DNA of 64,000 nucleotides from Alphaproteobacteria bacterium (GTDB taxonomy: Bacteria > Pseudomonadota > Alphaproteobacteria > UBA7887): NCBI GenBank assembly GCA_965216755.1, contig CBDCGL010000011.1:2208001-2272000 (forward strand), given 5' to 3'. The notes below the pieces were generated by a model that saw only the letters and a list, made by a program, of their open reading frames with translations, made no database searches and was not told where the DNA came from. Positions 62,305 to 64,000 of the stretch are shown here, piece by piece. Each line of letters opens with the position of its first letter. The stretch's first letter is position 1. The position numbers and the translations under genes were made by a program.

Positions 62305-62739
62305 TCAGGCGTTAATGTATTCGCGAAGCTGGTTCGCTTCTTCCTCTGCCTCGCGGATCCGATACTTAACTACATCACCGATGCTCACGATGCCGACCAA
62401 GGTGCCGTCAGCGAGGACCGGCAAATGCCGACATCGCCGCCTGGTCATCATCGACATGACGTCGTCGATGGTGGTCGACTCGGTAACCGACAACACGTCG
62501 GTGCTCATCAATGTCTCAACTTTTTCATCCAAGCAAGCGGCGCCGCGTTCGGCCACACCATAAATCATGTCGCGCTCGGACATCATGCCGACCACGACGC
62601 CGTCAGCACCGGTCACCACGACGGCGCCGATGCGATGATCTACCAGACGCTTGGCGAAATCGCCGATCCGCACATCCGGGGTCACGGTAACAACCGCCAC
62701 CCCCTTTTCTTGCAATATGTCGCGTACATACATAGCCAA
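62305..62739 (-). CDS. Tandem CBS-domain protein
   Basis: VRDIL..KG, IGAVVV, GMMSERD and RHLPV...GIVSIGDVVK. Confidence 0.93.
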   Translation of the reverse strand: MAMYVRDILQEKGVAVVTVTPDVRIGDFAKRLVDHRIGAVVVTGADGVVVGMMSERDMIYGVAERGAACLDEKVETLMSTDVLSVTESTTIDDVMSMMTRRRCRHLPVLADGTLVGIVSIGDVVKYRIREAEEEANQLREYINA

Positions 62740-62925
62740 CCCCCTGCCGCCGAGCGGGGGGGCCGAGTCAGGTTGCGGGCGCCCCCTGGTTTTCGATCAC
62801 CGGGTTTGCCACCGCGACCCCCCGATCAGCTCTTCAACACAAGTATAGCCCAAAACCGGCTATTCCCCAAATCGAGTCGCTGGCGCACGCACCCCAAGCA
62901 GTTGGCCATATTGCCTTTATTGTCT

Positions 62926-64000
62926 CTATGACGCCGACGCCGCGGCGACCACGTCATCGGCAAGCTTGCCTTGAAGTTCCTGCAGATGGTCGAAATGGTA
63001 GTCAAACGTGCCCACGCCACGGCTGAGCGAGCGCAGCTCGATGATCAGGTCGTGCAATTCCGATTGCGGCAATTGAGCCGCCACCGAATCCCAGCCGTCC
63101 CACCCATCGCGGGGTCCGAAACCAAGGATCTGGCCGCGGCGACCGCTCAATAGGCGCTGAATATGGGCGGTGAATTCCGATGGCACGAACACCTCGACGT
63201 GGTAGATCGGCTCCAATAGCACCGGATTACATTTCGGCATGCCCTCGTTCATGGCGATTCGGCCCGCGGTCTGAAATGCCATTTCCGAGCTGTCGACCGA
63301 GTGATATGAGCCGTCCGTCAGTGTCACCGCCACATCCACCACCGGGAAGCCCAGCGGTCCACGTTTGCAATAGTCGACGACGCCATGTTCCACCGCGGGA
63401 ATGTATTGGCGCGGCACGGCACCACCGACAATCGTGTTGTTGAATTCAAACCCACTGCCGCGTGGTAACGGCTTGATATCGATGAAAACGTCGCCGAATT
63501 GCCCATGGCCACCCGATTGCTTTTTGTGGCGCCCATGAATGTGGGTCGCCGGTTTGCGAATCGTTTCCTTGTAGGGCACCGACGGCGACTCGGTGCGAAG
63601 CGGCAGGTGGAATTTGTTGCGCGCGCGCTCCAATGCCACTTGCAAATGAATCTCGCCTTGGCCGCGCAGCAACATCTGATGGGTTTCCGGGTTCGGCTCC
63701 ATGATCAGCGACCGGTCTTCCTCTGTCAATTTGTGCAGCGCGTCCGACATCTTGACTTCGTCGCCACGGTTTTCCGCAGCGACGCCAAAGGCGTAAACCG
63801 GCTTCAGCGGTTCGACGACGGCGCCATCGGTTGCGGCCAACTTGCCATCGGGCGACAGCATGACACCGGTCGCGATCTCGTCCATGCGCCCAAGCGCAAC
63901 AACCTCGCCCGCCTTGGCCTCCGGCACCTTGGTCGTGGCTTGGCCGACCATGCGATTGACACTGCCGACGCGCTGGCCATTCAGGGTCATGCCGTCTTTC
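62926..64000 (-). CDS. Elongation factor G-like protein (EF-G paralog), 5' part outside window
   Basis: GQGEIHL, VPYKETI, HKKQSGGHGQFGDV, GPLGFPV, DGSYHSVDSSEMAF and LLEPI; not in an rpsL-rpsG-fusA-tuf context. Confidence 0.9.
   Translation of the reverse strand, partial: KDGMTLNGQRVGSVNRMVGQATTKVPEAKAGEVVALGRMDEIATGVMLSPDGKLAATDGAVVEPLKPVYAFGVAAENRGDEVKMSDALHKLTEEDRSLIMEPNPETHQMLLRGQGEIHLQVALERARNKFHLPLRTESPSVPYKETIRKPATHIHGRHKKQSGGHGQFGDVFIDIKPLPRGSGFEFNNTIVGGAVPRQYIPAVEHGVVDYCKRGPLGFPVVDVAVTLTDGSYHSVDSSEMAFQTAGRIAMNEGMPKCNPVLLEPIYHVEVFVPSEFTAHIQRLLSGRRGQILGFGPRDGWDGWDSVAAQLPQSELHDLIIELRSLSRGVGTFDYHFDHLQELQGKLADDVVAAASAS

Noticed and set aside
62926-64000. Canonical fusA or a ribosomal protection (tet) gene
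   Set aside because: No tuf downstream, and the motifs fit a stand-alone EF-G paralog; the GTPase domain is outside the window, so it cannot be refined further.

Overview
A 64-kb, GC-rich chromosomal window that looks alphaproteobacterial, judged from gene content. It holds about 56 CDS, and I saw no rRNA, tRNA, CRISPR array, transposase or prophage. From left to right: an RND efflux pair; acuI-like and Fe-alcohol dehydrogenase genes; an M20 amidohydrolase; an IlvD/Edd sugar-acid dehydratase with a 2-hydroxyacid dehydrogenase; an orphan receiver protein; an MscS-domain protein; a 273-bp MITE-like element; a peptide ABC transporter; a Sel1/pseudo-trypsin fusion; a candidate sRNA; and a hopanoid cluster (hpnCDE-dxs-shc-hpnG, convergent with ispH-hpnH). 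These are followed by cytochromes c, degP/Q, a MarR regulator with a basic tail, an acyl-CoA ligase with a LIV-type ABC transporter, a quinohemoprotein amine dehydrogenase cluster, a CBS protein and a truncated EF-G-like gene. The most unusual feature is the amine dehydrogenase cluster (qhpA-D-C-B-F-E). It lacks qhpG and qhpR locally and runs directly into a divergent CcmF-type heme lyase and a DUF62 SAM hydrolase. All assignments come from motif recognition by eye; no database searches were run.
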